Assembly: GCA_028023455.1 (NCBI GenBank)
Contig: JAQFVV010000007.1
Span: forward strand, 14,880,001 to 14,944,000
DNA: 64,000 nucleotides
Direction: 5' to 3'
DNA from: Epiperipatus broadwayi
Taxonomy: Eukaryota > Animalia > Onychophora
Made by a program: the position numbers and the translations under genes. Shown here in pieces: positions 11,830-25,535 of the stretch. The notes under the pieces were generated by a model. It searched no databases. It was given only the letters and a program-made list of their open reading frames with translations, and was not told the origin of the DNA. The stretch's first letter is position 1. Each line of letters opens with the position of its first letter.

Positions 11830-11915
11830 TATATATATCATTAAAAGCCAGTCAACACTTAGACCATCCCAATATCGATAACAATCAACAATTTTAAACT
11901 ATTGCCAAGGCAACT
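11830..11915. mobile_element. Fragment of dispersed repeat family E next to (TA)n
   Basis: CATTAAAAGCCAGTCAACACTTAGACCATCCCAATATCGATAACAATCAACAA matches 32.5-33.3 kb and 63945-64000. Confidence 0.65.
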
Positions 11916-11994
11916 TCAACAGAAATTTCACACTCATTATTACTTATCCGTTGAACTGGAAATAATAATTACCATTCCTGCCATGCATGTTTTA

Positions 11995-12085
11995 ATGCAG
12001 CAGTAGGGTGTTGGACTTGGGAGTATGAGATTCTTGGATTTCTGTCATATCCAGCCTTGAACTTCTTATGGACTCCTGAGCAAAG
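11995..12085 (+). mobile_element. Old SINE-like element (family with TTATGAACTCCTGAGCAATAAA tail)
   Basis: Degenerate tRNA-like head followed by CTTCTTATGGACTCCTGAGCAAAG. Confidence 0.5.
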
Positions 12086-13224
12086 AAAGTGATCTAGAAG
12101 AATTATGTAAGAATTTATTTGTCTTAGAAAAACAGAGGAAAAAAGTTAACTTCTGAATAACACAACTACAATATTATTAACAATGCTTATGTGGAAATTA
12201 CATTACTACTTTCCTGTATTGATTTCTAATGTATTTAATTAAACAATGTAGAGTATAAAAATGGTATTATAATGTATATAAGTTTAATAATTTTTGTAAC
12301 AAAATTATATATTAATTTGGAACTCAATGTATTCAGACTACAGCTCTCTTTGTCATTTCAATGGTTGGAACTTTTTATAAACTACCAAGCAATTAAACAT
12401 TTGGTCACCATTTAGGTAATTAGGCAATAGATACTATAGGTAAATGATAATAGGGGATCATTATTTGGAATAATTTTTCACCTCATCAATTTATTAATAT
12501 CTTGAATGTACAGCTACTAATATAGTTGTAAATTCAAACTGATAAATTAAGCAGTTATATTATAATGCAACTTAAAACATTAAAATGCATATATATGCCG
12601 ATGAGTTGACTGAGGGCTGGCTGGAGTTACTAGGCAAAAGCATGTAATAACATTGCAACAATATGGTAGTAATTTATCATCCTCCTGCAACTTTCTCATC
12701 ATATTTTATTCCAGATTTGTAAAAGAGTTAAAAGAATTTTAAATACCAGATTGATTTGCAATATTTTCATTCATTTAACCAAACAAACTTTTTTAGACTT
12801 TCTTTTATTACTCTTTGCGATCTCGATGTTAGTCCTATAATACTTACCTGTTAAGATGCTTTTCTCCCTCCACTACTGAGCTTCTCTGTGTAAATTATTT
12901 AGTATACCTATGATATAACTCAAAAGAAATTTATTTAAAGAAAAAACTATGTGAAGCACTTTTAATAAAAAAATTTTTTTACCGTTGTCAGCCAGAAAAA
13001 TAACACTTTACGATATAATATATGTTAAGCTTTTCACTCTGAAGACAAGTTATGGTACAATACAATATTAGTGCTGATATTTGCTGTTGATTATCATATT
13101 TTATCATTGTTTTCAACCCTTAATAAAATCATATTTATTCCATTACTTCAATACTTACAGCTATGTTAAAAAAATTATATGTCTTTTACATCTTTGTTAA
13201 GCATTATATATATATATATATATA

Positions 13225-15510
13225 TACCTGGGTCTCATTTTATGCGATTTATAGGTTCCTGAGAAAACATGCACAAAAGAAATTGCACAAAAATAGACTT
13301 AACTTACTTTGAAAAATGGGGGATATATACTGTAATTTTCAAAAATCACATAAAAGCAAAGCAACAATGTAAAACTCCTTTAAAATTCACATAAAAAAAT
13401 AAGGAAATAAAATATGACTAATAAAAAATTGATACAAGACAAACTTTTTTTACTTTTTTTATTAACTATAGTATTTAATTTTATTCAAACAATATATTTT
13501 TATGCATAATTTACAGTATTTTACATTTTTTCATACATGTACAGTATTTAAATCATTATCGCTATTTGAGGATAATCAAGATCATTTGCAAACTAGTAAG
13601 ACATCAGATTCATCACAAGAGAAAATACAACTAGCACCAACTTTATTTTTTTATTGCTCTTATAGTACACTCCCCCAAAGTAAAATGTTTTCCAACCGTT
13701 GATTCTTTTCATTTTACTAAGCAATCTAAAATTGCAATTTTTGCTTCCAAAGAAATTTATTTTCTTGGGTGTTTTTTCCTCTCCACTGTGGTAAATTGAA
13801 AGTTTAAATAATAATAAAAAGATACCTACTCACCACTGTTGGACAAAATTTAATTAAAACTAACAATTAAAAATTAAATTCTTATTTTTGTCTTTAATTT
13901 TTTAATTTTCAATTCCATTTAAAAATCAAATTTTATTGTTTCACATCACATTAATTTCAGATCACGTTATGTAATTTTTAAATTGTTAATTACAATTAAA
14001 AATCAGATTTTTATTTTTAATTGTCAAATTTAATTGTGCCCATCACTGTTACTCATCTTTTAAAAATAAACTTGTGGACACTAAATGATTAATTGATTAC
14101 ATACTCTTGTTTTAAAAAGCCAAAATAGAATGTGATTTAAAATGAAAAAACAACAACATGCATAGTATAGGCATCTATAATGTTTGAACAGATTTACATT
14201 ATAATCTTGTAAAATTTAATGTATATACTTGGGTCTCATTTTATGCGATAGATAGGTTCCTCAGAAAGCACGCGTAAATGAAATCACGCAAAAATAGATG
14301 TAACTTACCTTGAAAAAGGGGGATGTGGTCTGTGATTTTTCAAAATTTGCGTAAAAGCAAAGCACCAACGTAAAATTACTTTAAAATTTGTGCAAAAAAA
14401 ATATAAGGAAATAAAATATGACTAAAAAAAAAATTCAAATTTGAAAAAAATAGATACAAGACAAACTTTTTTTAACTACAATATTTAATTTTATTCAAAA
14501 CAATATATTTTTATGCATAATTTACAGTAATTTACATTTTTTTATACACGTTTTAATTATTATCGCTATTTGCCGTTAAACAGGTTCGTTTGCAAACTTG
14601 TAAAAAAACAGATTCTTCACATGAGAAAATACAACTAGCACCAACATCACTCTCATGTTGTGTTCATGGTTTTCTGGTGACAACGTAATTAGTAATTAAT
14701 CTAACAACTAAAAATTAAATTCTTATTTTTGTCTTTAATTTTCAATTTTAATTGTGCCACTGCTATTACTCACTTTTTAAAAATAAACTTGCAGACACTA
14801 AATGATTAATAATTGATTATGTTTTTTTTTTAAAAAAGCAAAAACAGGATGTGATTTAAAATGCAAAATTAACACGCACAATGTTTGAACAAATTTACAT
14901 TATAATCTTGTAAAACTTAATGTGTGTATACATAAAATGTGGAAATCATGATTTTAATTTCATTATTGCATAAAATCTTACTATTATAAAGCATTGAAAA
15001 TATTGAAATTACTAAGATGAAAGTCTAATTCCAATAATGTGCTATTACTTTCAATATAATGTAAGTGCTCGAAATTTATTATTTAAAGTAATAGCGCATT
15101 ATCAGAGTTTGACTTCCGGTGAGAAACACGAATTGCGTAACTTCAAAATCGTGTTAAATAAGTCTGCATAAAAAGAGACCCAGGTGTATATATAAAATGG
15201 GAAAATCCAGATTTTAAGTGAATTATAAACTTCTTTATTGCATAAAATATATTACAGTACTATTATAAAGCACTGAAAATATTGAAATTATTAGATGGAA
15301 GTCAAACTCCGATATTGTATTATTACTTTAAATATGATGAGTAAGTGTGCAAAATTTATAATATTTAAAGTAATAGTGCATTATCAGAGCTCAACTGGTC
15401 TAATAATTTTTATCACCTAAAAGAAAAATGCATATAAAGATATTAAGAAGAAACATAAATCACATAATTTCAAAATCGCATTAAAAAAATCTGCATAAAA
15501 TGAGACCAGG

Positions 15511-15513
<3 letters not shown>
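13225..15513. mobile_element. Non-autonomous Tc1/mariner-superfamily (pogo/Tigger-like) DNA transposon, outer copy interrupted by a nested copy
   Basis: TIRs TACCTGGGTCTCATTTTATGC ... GCATAAAATGAGACCAGGGTG with TA flanks. Internal sequence is colinear with the nested copy. Only a short acidic remnant (minus strand) recalls a pogo/Tigger C-terminus. Confidence 0.75.
14226..15186. mobile_element. Nested, younger copy of the same Tc1/mariner-type family
   Basis: Has its own TIR pair (TACTTGGGTCTCATTTTATGCG / GCATAAAAGAGACCCAGGTG) with TA on both sides and retains more CpGs than the host copy. Confidence 0.8.
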
Positions 15514-15565
<52 letters not shown>

Positions 15566-15829
15566 CAGGATGGGTAATATGGCAGATATCAAATGGGATG
15601 AGGTATCAGGATGGTCAAGGTGGTGTGGTAGCAAGATTTTGGTGAACCTGGAGTGATAGCAAATTCATCATCCACCCCAAATAATCCAAATATTTCTTGA
15701 TATAACATTTTCAAAAAGTATCTATTTAAGATTTAAAATTGTAAGAGATATTAACATAATATTTAACTGTTAAGTATATCATAGTAAAGTAATAGATATT
15801 ATTAAAAAATATTTAAATAAATATATTCA

Positions 15830-16410
15830 AGAGAGCATGAGATCTCTGAAATCTCTCTGAGAGATCTGCCCAGTTAACTTACTACAATAACTATCAGTAT
15901 AACTAATCATTCATCAACCAACATTATCAATAAGTAAAAGTAAATAATACTCAAAATAACCATTCATTATCATGAATGATCAATCAAAAAATAAATCAAC
16001 AGTCAATCTTGTGACTGGATTTGCAATGGGTTCACTGTAGACCAGGCCAACTATTTAGCCTTTGCCAGATTGGAGCAATTATTTAAATATAATTTGGTTG
16101 CACCAACTTAAGTGCTCATCCTTCTGTATATACAACTTATAAAAGCAATAATGCTGGGATATTAAAACATGCTGATCATCATCGATACTCTGGCCACTTA
16201 GTACCATTAATATACTGGCTAACTAAATTTAAATTCTAATAGAGACTAAATTAAATAAAATGTAGTGCATGGGCTTTAAAGAATATTCTCTTTGCACCAA
16301 CCAGGATGATGATGATGATTATTGATGAAAATATCATCACTATCATTGGATGTCCATAAACACTAATATTCATCCTCTTCCATATATCAGACTGTTATGC
16401 TCGAATCTGT
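15830..16410 (+). repeat. Diverged repeat, paralogous to 19520-19980
   Basis: Shared colinear blocks ATCATGAATGA, AAATAAATCAACAG, AATGTAGTGCATGG, TTTAAAGAATAT, GGATGTCCATAA and CTGTTATGC. Confidence 0.7.
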
Positions 16411-19400
16411 TGTTGTGATCAAAAGATGATGCAACACATAATATACTAAAAATATTTAGAATTAAGTCTCCGAAATAATTTTAACAATTATATATATAGG
16501 TTTATTAATAATAACAATAAAAAAAAAATTGAAATTATAGTCTTTAGCCTATAGCTATATGCTTATAAGCTTTCTGATTTTCATTAATATACAAAATAAA
16601 AAATTATCACAATGTGATTTGCATGATTAATATATAAAATTCAAGTTATTACATTGATTTACAATACCTTTTAATGGGTTTACATACAATGCATATATAG
16701 ATTAGCACACACACATGTTTTATAATATACAATGAATATATTTCAATTGATCTTTAATAATAAAAATGATTAAATTTTAGATATGTGTTTATTTGACACT
16801 CATTGATATATATATACAGATATGTGACAAAATAATTTCTGAACATGTTTGACTTGCCATAAAATAAAAATCTTAAGTTCCTCACTTTTAAATTATGTAA
16901 ATACCTTATACTAGATTTACATCAAATACATATCATCTGTCCAGTACAATTTATTATTTAATATTGTCATAACTCTATAAATGAAATTCATTTTTATAAT
17001 ACATATTTAATAAAAGCAAAAATTCACTGTCCTTTTTATAGGACAAGATTTAGTATATATGTTTGGGTGTTATTAGCAATTTACGCGCACAGTGCTGTTT
17101 ACATTATATATTTTTGATTTGACAAATGAAGTTATTAAAATGTACATTTTTACAATTAAATTCTTTGTTGAAAATATATAACATTTATTCATTATTTTAT
17201 AATAAGTTCCATTCTTTGCTGGGTATAGTTTTTTTTTACTTAAAAAATAAAGTACTATCAACTTTTTTTTTCTAACAGTTTAAGATTAACCAGATAAACA
17301 TTCTTTTTTTTCCTATAACAAAATTTAAAATATTGTTTTTCCTATATATATAAAACCATCACAGGCTGTCCTTGATTATAACATTATTGAATTTAAAATA
17401 TAGGTTTTTAAAAAATGTCATTTTTAAATCAATTATTTTAAAAACTCACTTTATATAAATACAGTGTGATTCATTTATCTTTGGTTCCTTGCATCTAGAT
17501 AAAGCAGCATATGTATAATGACTTTTTCCGCAAGCTGAGGTTCTCTTGGTGAGAACCAGTCCATGAGTATTTGATTAGGAAAGTTATAGTCCAGATATTG
17601 TCATCATCAAAAAACTATAACTAGGTAAATGTTGGCATTGATTTAGTTCCACATAGACTTCAGGTCAGCAAATTGTTTTGTCCAAGTTTAAGGCTGTAGA
17701 GATAGAGAAGTGGATCTTCCTTTTAGGTGTATCTGAGTTCCTGCATAGTGAACCAACAGCAGCTGCCTCCTTCTACCTTGACTTCAGCTATCTCTGATCC
17801 ATGGCAGTTATCTGTATAATTCTGGAAGCCAACTTTTTTACTCTGTCAACTCTTTTCAAATTATTATTAGCCAACTCTTCAAAAACTACTATTAGACAAT
17901 TTTAATCACCCACTCTTTTCACTAGTTCAGGTGTGGTGACAATAACACCAATTAAAACTGTTTTTAATTAAAAAAACTTTTTCTTATCTCTCTAATCCTT
18001 TCAAAAGTAATAAAGATTTTTAAAAATAGATAATAGACATTTTTACAATTATCAGAAAATGTTCTTGTTTTTAATTTCAAAATTAGATTACAATATTAAT
18101 ATTTATTTAGACCTTTTTAAACTGTTTAATTTATAATAAAATTTTATTTTAAATCCAAAATTATTTAACATTTTATTAGGATTATTTATTCCAGAAAATA
18201 TAGAAAAATAGTTACAAAATTTTTGTTTGTGTATTTTTCTACTTTTCAAATTTATGTATATTTATGCACACACTATGTTATTGTGTGCCATATGACAGAA
18301 CTGTTATAATATATATAATGATTTTATTAATAAATTTTTCATCTCAACACTATCATATCACAACTGTTTACTAATACAGTAATTCAGAATATCATCTCTC
18401 ACTAGCATACATTTCAAAAACAACTTTGCTCTTCAGACAAATCAGAGATATCAGATATCTAAATCTTCATGCTTATGTTGAAATTTCAATGCCTTTCACC
18501 ATACTATTCTTACATAAAATAGAAAATAGTTTGGGTCTACCTTTGATACCTTATGGAATAGTGAAACATATACTGCACTGTAGATAAATATTTTTATAAA
18601 TTTGTTTGTTTCTACCAGTGCCGTTTTTCATCTCAAATCTTATTTATGTATATAACATCAATATAAATGCAACAAATATATGGAACAAATAAATAAACAA
18701 ACCACAGTAACAATAAACAACAAAAGTCCATAAATGTCCTGATCAATGACAGTCAAACATATATTGCAATCATGCACCACTTTTTCTGATTCTCCATGCT
18801 TTGTGAACTTTCATATCAGTGTCTTATCTATTAAACACATTACTTCCTCTATTAAAAAAATAGTTGATTTTATTTTTTTATTTATTATTTATAGAAAGTA
18901 TTACTTTCTAGACAATGAGAATTTAATAGATTTTCATTTTTTTTATCTTTAGCTAAGAATTGTTATTCAATGTTCTTATTTAAAGATCAGTATTGGATAG
19001 TTGGTTAACTTTGGACCAACCATCTGGCATAAAATATCAGAAATTTATTTGAAACTTTTTAAAAAACTTAAAGTTTTACCTGGATTAAAATTGAACATCA
19101 TATAATGATAATAATGGATGGATACATCAACCACTATAAATATGTAAGTGTTTGACATAAATGAAATTAATACTGATATAAAGTAGATGATATTTTTGTT
19201 TAGTAATAATGTTTATGTGTTGAAAGGTGGTGCAAGGGAGTAAAGTTTAGTAACATAAAAATATGCTATGATCGGAAATTAACCTCAACATTTGATTATG
19301 GTTAATTCACTTTTATTCATAGATATAATAATATATTGTAATGGTACAAAGAGTAGTGTTCCCACAATTTGGGTGACAATTGTAACCATATGAAAAATAG

Positions 19401-19519
19401 AGAGTTAAAAAGAAGAATTAGAGGTTACAATGTCCTATAACTGGATAGCCATTTGTAGCATTACATTACTTTAGGGCTGAATTATGAGAAGATAAAAAAC
19501 AATTATTATCTCCAAATAA

Positions 19520-19980
19520 ATAAAATATATGAGAGATCATCACAGAACTAACTATAAGTTCACCAGCATTACACCAAAGTAATAATAATTTGTCATCATG
19601 AATGAGCAGCAATAAAAATAAATCAACAGCTAACCTCGTAGTGGTATTTGAAAGTGGTCCACTGCAAAACCTAGGTCAGGAATACAAACAATAATTATTT
19701 GGATGCACATACTAAGTTGATACTCCATCAAAATACAACAATAAGTCAAATAATGCTGAGATACTAAAGAGACATCATTATCATCATCAATGTTCTGGAC
19801 ACTTGGGATCATTAGTGTACTGGTCAATTATAAACTAAACTTCTAAAGAATTAATAAATAAAATAGAATGTAGTGCATGGATTTTAAAGAATATCCCTTT
19901 TGTGTCAACTAATATCATCATCTGGATGTCCATAACCCTAAACATAAATCCATACTTTATAACTAACTGTTATGCATAAA
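19520..19980 (+). repeat. Diverged repeat, paralogous to 15830-16410
   Basis: Same blocks in the same order and orientation. Confidence 0.7.
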
Positions 19981-22461
19981 TATAACTCAGGAAAATAAAT
20001 AAAGCAGTTTAACATAAATTACTTTAAATAATTCCTAGGTTTACCTTAGTATAAGCAGTTCGATTTGGGATCATTTAAAAATTTTCTAAAACATTAGGCT
20101 CTCATAAAATAAAGGTCATAGATACTGCAATTTTATTGGATAGAATAAAAAAATTAAGACTAAAATTTATTTTTAAAACAATTATTTAATAACTACTCTA
20201 GTAACAATTAGCAAAAAAATTGACATAGTAGTAGAAAATGTGAACCATTCATTTAATAAAAAAAATTTTTTCTTAAAAATTATAATCAGTCAGTACCTTT
20301 CTATTTATAAATTAACATTTAATTAATTAAGTTATTTCTTTAAAATAACTAAGAGGTGAAAAACAACATTTTCAAAATTGAAGATAACAATCTTTGATTT
20401 AGCTTAATTAACTTTTTGTTAAGTTTTAAATTTTTAAATTATTACTTTTTGTTAAGTTTTAGGTGGGAAACATAATGTTTCACACAAAAAAATTAAGTTT
20501 AAAAAAAGTCAAATTTTCTAAAATAAACTCTTTCATAATTTTTAAAAGAAAATTGAATGGATTAAAAAAATATGTTTAACAATAAAAAAACATTAACGTA
20601 ATGAAAATATTTAAAATTATCAATTCTTAGGGAAAAAATTATTGCTTTTATGTGAAAAAAACTTTATTTCTATTAATAAAAATACAGGGTGCATGCAAAA
20701 AATACTTTCAACCATGGTTTTATTTTATTTTCCAAGGAGTTCTTTCCAATTATAATTTCCAGGGTTTTTTTTTTCAGTTGAGTTTTTTCTTGAAGGCTTC
20801 TACATATAAACATGATTAATTTTTCCTTTTTCTGGTATGCATTATTTTATTTCCAGGTTAATAACAGCAAAATTTTATTCATTTTCTTTAATAAATTTCC
20901 CATGTGAAACTAACACAGACATAGACACATGCTCTTAGTTGAATACAGGGTTGCAAATTACTTTAAAAAGTTAACATTTTTACAGTTTTATTCTAGTGAT
21001 GGCAGATTACTTGTAGAAAGATGATATGTAGATTATAGCTAAATGTAACACATGGTTTTCATTGTACAAACCATTTTCATGACTAAACTCATAGTATGCT
21101 ACAAGCTTGATTAAAACTTCTGCTATTTTATGTAATATCTTGGTAAAGACTTCTGTTTTTTTTCTTTAGCAGCTGGATTTGGACTTGCCTGTTTCCTTTC
21201 AACAGCTATGTTAGGAATATCCACTTTTTACCAGACACTTGGGTCTTCTGATTTATTCACAACCTCATTATTTTTTAGAACAATCATGCCTACAAAACAA
21301 TCACAATCTGTTTCCAACATGATAGATTTTATAATAGCCAATTACATAATTATCTATAAATACAACAGTTCAACTATTTTTTCCTTAATCATAGACATTA
21401 AAAAACAAGTCATGAACTGAAATTAACATCATAAAATTATTGGCATTTCTTTCTAATTAAAAAAAAATTTTTGCAAAAGAAAAACAAGTTAATCAGTTAA
21501 TTGCAATGATTTGATTTTTTTGGATTGAAGAGAAATAAAGAGAAAAAAAAACAACTCTGACCAATTAAAAATAAATTTACCAAAAGCATTAAAATCTTAT
21601 TGTTTTTTTTTCTTTTTAAAAATAAAACATTATATTATGTTAAAATTAATAACTATTAAATAATTTACAAAAAAAAAGAAAATTATTTTTCTCTTTGTCA
21701 TTTTTATACTTTAAACTAAAACTACTAATTAATTATAATTACTGAAGAGAAAGAATTAAAAAAAACTTGTTTACATTCTTTTACAATTTTCTCTTCCTTC
21801 TACAAATATTTACAACTCTTATTAAAATATTTACATATTAAAATCATATTATTATTTAACAAATTTAATGTTTAAGAACTCTCATACTATCATTTTCGGA
21901 CTTAAAATATTTAGTTAACTGAAGATTTATTATTGTTAAAAAAATATGCATGGGATAATTAAATATTATTTTCCCCATTAATTAAATAATTCTATATTTA
22001 AACTTGAGGAACTTGTTTCCAACTGTCAAATTATTTTTAATACAGCTATATAACCAACTGGTTGTAATATATAAAAAATATTTAATAAAGTTTTTTTTAT
22101 TTAATTTGGTTAGTAATAATGTATTAATAACTAAATATTCATTTTACTTCAACTATTATTTTGATTGTTATATGTATCTTAGAATAAAAGCATGGGACAT
22201 GATAAATTAATAAAAATTCAATCAGTAGTTTTAAAAATAGTGATTGAATTAATTAATTTATATACACTCCGTGCTTTATTTCAATCTACATATAATAAAA
22301 TTTGTACTTGAAGAAAAAATGTTTTTTAATATTGAATGCATTACTAATCAAATTAAGTTTTTATAAAATATTTCTTATATATATATATATTAATCTTATA
22401 ATTGAATATTTATAAATGCAGTTAATAGATATATGTAAAATATAGTTTTAAAATTTTTTAT

Positions 22462-22862
22462 CCATTTAGGAGCACTTTCGACTATCCCCGTAGTCTTTGT
22501 CAATTAGCACTTTGAAAGACTAACCTGCCTGTCTGTTAATTAAGTTTTCTTTGTATTTGTATATTAGCATAGCTTCCTTTATTTTTCTTTTGTTGCTATG
22601 TTTCTCAATTTGCAATATTTTTACATTATTATAATTGAAGTTAAAACCATAAATACATGACTTATTATGGTTGTAAAAAATGGATGCTGAAACATTATTA
22701 TTTACTTTGCAATTTTGTTTTATTTTCTGAACCCTTTTTAATAACAGCAAGTGCTCTTTAATTCTGTTTTAATAACTTGCTGTTACATATTGAGAATATA
22801 TATCAGTCGGTTAATAGGTTAAGCAGTATCGATGTTCTTGTGTCTGTATAGGTTAAGCAAGG
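22462..22862 (-). pseudogene. Penelope-like element remnant: GIY-YIG endonuclease C-terminus and 3' end
   Basis: Minus-strand ...RIKEH... followed by FNFNYNNVKILQIEKHSNKRKIKEAMLI...NLINRQAG, typical of a PLE GIY-YIG domain. HHR-like core just downstream. Confidence 0.75.
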
Positions 22863-23908
22863 TTCTTTATCAAAAAATAAAATTGGTAAGTTTTATAAAA
22901 TTAAGGAAGGGTGGATAATAGGTTATATATTTTTTCTTCTTTAGTTTGTTCAGTTTATATTAATTATGAAAAGGAATTTTTTATTAAAAAGAATTGTTTA
23001 TATTTAAAGTTATTTGTTAGATATGTAGATGATTGTTTGTTTGTAGTTGAGAATGATAAATTGAAAGAATTTGTAAATGAGTTTAATTGTTTTGATCCTT
23101 TTATAATATATATGGTAGAAGAAGTGGGGGGGGGTAGATTTTGTTAAGTTAAAATTTTTATATCTTTTAGTAATTAGAAATGTAAAGACTAATTGTTTAG
23201 TATGCAGTCATTTTATTAAAACTAAACAATTAAAGTCTATAATTAAACCTTATAGCTATCAGTCTGTATCTCATAAAGCAGCTGCTTTAAGACATTGTTA
23301 TAGGAAAAAAATTAAATAATTCTAGTAGCTTAGCTTTATTTCAGAAGGATCAATTTTATAAAGATTATTTGAGTGTTGGATACTCTGATAAATTTGTTAA
23401 AAGTTTTTTATTTAATAGTAAACAATTTGTTTGGAAATAAGCAAATTGCTTTGAAAAGGGGTATTACTTTGAATAATTTATTAAATAATACAAAGAAAAC
23501 TTTTGATATGAAGACTATTTCTGGTGTAGTGTATATTATCCCTTGTTTTTATAAGAAGGTTTACATAGGTCAGAGTAGTTTGAATTTAAATGAAGTAAAA
23601 GTAGGGTTAGAAATAAATATATTAGTTCTGCTTTGTATGTCCATGAAAAAGATAAAGGCTACACTATTAATTTTGATGAAGCTAAGGTTGTCTTCTTTGA
23701 GAGAAATAAAATAAAAAAAATTAAAGAATTTTTATTAATGAAAATGTATTATTCTGAAGCAATTAACTTATTTAAAAGTTTTTTTTAAAATTAAGGGTGG
23801 ATAGGAAGTAAATGGCTTTGTGGTTCGTGGTTAATATAAATATGGTGTTATTTTGTAATTCTTTGCACTTGAGAAGTCTGCTTGTAGCAGTGAAATCATT
23901 GTTTGTGT
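22863..23908 (+). pseudogene. Penelope-like element remnant: RT C-terminal part, GIY-YIG domain and 3' end
   Basis: FVRYVDDCLFVV (RT YxDD), then SGVVYIIPC...VYIGQS (GIY-YIG) and INFDEAKVV. Frameshifted and T-rich. Confidence 0.8.
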
Positions 23909-24763
23909 TTTTGATTTTATTTTTTATTGGATAATCTGTTTGAGTTTTGGATTTGGGGTAATTTTAATGATATATATAACCATGTATTATTGTGCTTCAC
24001 TGAAAACTTACTGAAGTGTCTGATAACAATGCAGTTTAAAATCAGCATTCTAATACTGTTGGATAGGACAAATGGCTTAACAACTTTGACATATTTTACT
24101 GTTATATTGAATTGTAAGCCATGCTCAAATCATGTACAAAATTTGAAAAAAATCCATTTGATAGAAATAGGTTAAAAATCAATTACAAGATTTTACCCAA
24201 ACAAACAAACAGAATTTCTAAGTTAAATAAAATTATTTTGAAATGGCAAACATTAAAATTGCTGTATATGCAGTAATAATTATTTAATTTAAAATTAAGT
24301 TAAAAATAATCAAATTTTATTTTCTATTGGTTAGTTGTTTGACTACCATAAAAGACTGAATAAAACTTCTATTCAAATGAGTTTTTTTTTTCTCCATTAT
24401 AGTCATTTCAAAAATCTTTCTCCAATTATTTATTATCACTACAATAGTTAAATTAATATTAAGTAAGAGTTCAAATCAAACAAATTTTTAAAATTTATTC
24501 TAAAAGCCTTTATTCTAAAATAATAATTAAAAAAAACTAAAAATATATCAAATTAGATAAAAATACTATAATAATATTTTTCACATTTTTTATTAAATTA
24601 TTTAGAAAAAATAGTTTAATATTATTTTAGTTAATATATTTAGTCTATAAATATTTTTTCAACTCATAATTTAATATAAATAATTATCCATGAAACTATT
24701 ATAGTAAATTACTGTTTTTTTTTGTTAATTAAAATTGTATTTAATATTCACATTTTTGTGGCA

Positions 24764-24781
24764 AACAACAACAACAACAAC

Positions 24782-24813
<32 letters not shown>

Positions 24814-24821
24814 TAATAATA

Positions 24822-24854
<33 letters not shown>

Positions 24855-24861
24855 CTGATGC
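24764..24861. repeat. Compound (AAC)n(AAT)n(GAT)n(GCT) microsatellite
   Basis: Direct reading. Explains the spurious poly-I/poly-M ORFs. Confidence 0.95.
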
Positions 24862-25216
24862 TATTATATGCACATAAATGTGCTGAAGTAAAAAATACTT
24901 TTTTCAAAACTTTCACAAATAAATAAAAGCATGGAATTCTCATATTTAGAAATATTTTAATAATACTTTACATAAATAAAAATTGTATTTAAACAATTTC
25001 GACAAGCCTTTGGTAAACCTTGCTAATCCTCAAATGAGATTTCCAATTTCTAAACATGAGTGCCTCCTGCTTTTAATTTGTAAAAGCTAAAGTAAATTTA
25101 TTTTTACTTTTTAGTACATTATGTGAATAAAAACATTTTTTTATTTTATATTTTTTAATTTTTAATTTAAATAATATTTATTTTATATTTTATAAAGTGC
25201 AGACTGTTTGAAATTT

Positions 25217-25535
25217 AATTGAAAGGTTGCAACCTCTTGCACTTATTATAATTATAATGCTTATCTGACAGTTAATCAGATGTTATGATGCCTGTATGAA
25301 TAGTGACCAAACCATAAACGCAAGGCAAAGAATTTTACAAGAAAAGGTCAGTCCAACTGGCTTAGATATATAGAAAGAAAAGTAGAGAAAAGGGTGGACT
25401 GCCCTTTTCTTGTAAAAAATTTTGTCTTGTGTTTACGGTTTGATCGCTTATTCATACAGCCATCATAACATCTGATTGGCTGTCAGATAAGCATTATAAT
25501 TATAATAAGCGCGAGAGGTTTGCAGCCTTTCAATT
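25217..25535. mobile_element. Palindromic MITE-like element with about 130-bp inverted arms
   Basis: AATTGAAAGGTTGCAACCTCT...ATTATAATTATAATGCTTATCTGACAG versus its reverse complement at 25400-25535. No HHR core seen; superfamily unresolved. Confidence 0.8.

Noticed and set aside
17470-17900. GC-richer stretch suspected to be a helicase or LINE fragment
   Set aside because: All frames are interrupted and no diagnostic motif could be confirmed.
24725-24943. Poly-Ile / poly-Met ORFs
   Set aside because: Translations of the compound trinucleotide microsatellite.
24990-25045. Minus-strand TTGAGGA...GTC-GAAA hammerhead-like spacing
   Set aside because: Stem II and stem I do not pair convincingly, and there is no second copy to support it.
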